From Mycobacteriales bacterium (lineage in GTDB: Bacteria > Actinomycetota > Actinomycetes > Mycobacteriales > JACQDL01): a stretch of 64,000 bases of DNA. Positions 62,729 to 64,000 of the stretch are shown here, in pieces (within the stretch, counting starts at the first letter, position 1; each line of letters opens with the position of its first letter). The stretch spans positions 9,039 to 73,038 of the forward strand of contig DATILL010000124.1 of NCBI GenBank assembly GCA_035476575.1. Reading direction: 5' to 3'. Made by a program: the position numbers and the translations under genes. The notes under the pieces are model-generated. The model did no database searches and had not been told where the DNA came from. It saw only the letters and a program-made list of their open reading frames with translations.

Positions 62729-63634
62729 ATGCCCGTCGTGGTCACCGGCGCCGCCGGGTTCATCGGCACTGCCCTGGTCGCCGAGCTGACCTGCCACGGT
62801 ATCGCGGTCGTCGCGGTCGACCGGGAGCCGATGCCCCACCTGCCGGCCGGCGCCGTCCCGCTGCGGGCCGACCTGCTCGACGCGGACCCGACCGTGCCCG
62901 CCGCGCTGGCCGCCGCCGACGCCGTCTTCCACCTAGCCGGCCGGGCGGGGGTCCGCGGCTCCGGCCCCGCTGCCGAGCGCGGCCGGCACCGCGACAACGT
63001 GCTGGCCACCAGCGTGGTGCTCGACCTCGTCCCGCCACGCACCCCTCTGGTCATCACCAGCTCCTCCAGCGTGTACGGCGGCAGCCGGGGCTGGCCGTGC
63101 ACCGAGACCGACCCGCTGCGCCCGGTCGGCGGGTACGCCCGCAGCAAGGCGGCGGTCGAGTCCCTCGCCGCTGGCCGGCTCGCGGTGGGCGGCGCGGTCG
63201 CGGTGGCCCGGCCGTTCACCGTGGTCGGCGAGCGGCAGCGGCCGGACATGGCGCTCGCGTTATGGGCGGCGGCGGCCCGACGTGGCGACCCGATCCGGAT
63301 CCACGGCTCGGCCGCTCGCACCCGCGACCTCACCGACGTGCGGGACGCCGCCCGCGCGCTGCGCCTGGTCGCCGAGCGCGGCCTGCTCGGTCCGGTCAAC
63401 GTCGGCACCGGCCGGCCGCACACCCTGGCCGCGCTGGCCGACGCGGTGCGCGCGGCCACCGGCGTCGACGTCCCGCTGCAGGTGGTGCCGGCCGCCGCCG
63501 AGGAGCCCGCCGACACCTGGGCCGACCCGACGCTGCTGGCCCGCCGCTGCGGACTGCGGCCGTACACCGACCTGGCCGACGTCGTCCGGCGGGCCGTCGC
63601 ACCGGCCGCCGCACCTGCGATGGTGACGGCGTGA
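62729..63634 (+). CDS. NAD-dependent epimerase/dehydratase (SDR) family protein
   Basis: VVVTGAAGFIGTALV (GxxGxxG) and YARSK (YxxxK). Confidence 0.85.
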   Translation: MPVVVTGAAGFIGTALVAELTCHGIAVVAVDREPMPHLPAGAVPLRADLLDADPTVPAALAAADAVFHLAGRAGVRGSGPAAERGRHRDNVLATSVVLDLVPPRTPLVITSSSSVYGGSRGWPCTETDPLRPVGGYARSKAAVESLAAGRLAVGGAVAVARPFTVVGERQRPDMALALWAAAARRGDPIRIHGSAARTRDLTDVRDAARALRLVAERGLLGPVNVGTGRPHTLAALADAVRAATGVDVPLQVVPAAAEEPADTWADPTLLARRCGLRPYTDLADVVRRAVAPAAAPAMVTA

Positions 63635-63685
63635 GCCTGCGTCGCCCGCCTCTCCTGCCTAGGCCACCACGCCGCTGCCCGCGCC

Positions 63686-63830
63686 GCTCGGCGCAACTTT
63701 CCCTAACTTGTGGGGATCTCCCGCCCGCTCGCCGCAACTTTCCCCAACTAGTGGGGATCTCCCGAGCCGCTCGCCGCAACTTTCCACAACTAGTGGCGGA
63801 TCTTGACTAGTCGCGGAAAGTTGCCCGGGC
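63686..63830. repeat. Three tandem 41-42-bp repeats ending in a hairpin (CGCAACTTTCCCCAACTAGTGGGGATCT family)
   Basis: Copies start at 63692, 63733 and 63775. The last folds back: GCAACTTTCCACAACTAGT-ggcggatcttg-ACTAGTCGCGGAAAGTTGC. It contains three ACTAGT hexamers (plus one AACTTGT variant in the first copy), which look atypical for a genome this GC-rich. Confidence 0.75.
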
Positions 63831-63925
63831 CCGGCCAGGACAAGCCGGCGTCCGGCCTGGAGCACGCCTCGGCGCGCGGCCCGAGCGCGGCCCCGGGCAC
63901 CGGCCAGCTCCGGCTCCGGCTGGCC

Positions 63926-64000
63926 ATGCTCGCCGTCGCGCTGGTCGGCTTCGGCGCGGCGGCGCTGGGCATCGGCGTACAGGCCCTTGAGTGGGCGCAC
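63926..64000 (+). CDS. 5' end of a membrane-protein-like gene (partial, runs off the window)
   Basis: ATG at 63926 gives MLAVALVGFGAAALGIGVQALEWAH. Only 25 codons are visible. Confidence 0.2.
   Translation, partial: MLAVALVGFGAAALGIGVQALEWAH

Overview
High-GC (roughly 70%+) actinobacterial chromosome segment. Gene order and protein sequences look Micromonosporaceae-like, but that assignment is inference only. Most of the window is conserved core: ideR, an NrtR-like Nudix gene, a TPR-GGDEF cyclase, an S9 peptidase, TPP riboswitch plus thiC, lexA divergent from a LysM gene with SOS boxes, tatA, hflX, dapF, miaA, miaB, gluABCD, rny, recX, recA, DUF3046, lhr, a 5'-nucleotidase, and ZTP riboswitch plus glyA. 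The main observations are as follows. (1) recA is interrupted by a 356-aa LAGLIDADG-type intein at the M. leprae-type (RecA-b) site. (2) A palindromic 12-mer repeat family (GTGGTCACCTCT-N7-GTGGTGACC) forms four intergenic clusters, mostly in divergent promoter regions, and two other repeat families are present. (3) RecA-NDp/PafBC-type promoter motifs lie upstream of recA, lhr, hflX and a DinB-like gene, the last three apparently leaderless. (4) The accessory segment at about 48.4-55.7 kb is decaying. It holds a YciI gene with two in-frame TAG codons, a frameshifted ECF-like sigma factor, a split M14 carboxypeptidase, a multiply frameshifted P-loop NTPase with a helical-repeat partner, an OAA-like lectin gene of lower GC, and a small Cys-containing ORF with an in-frame TGA. 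(5) Short tandem duplications are unusually frequent, and three of them duplicate a CDS 3' end together with its stop codon. I found no rRNA, tRNA, CRISPR array, transposase or integrase. Many long ORFs in the six-frame track are GC-driven antisense or out-of-frame artefacts.
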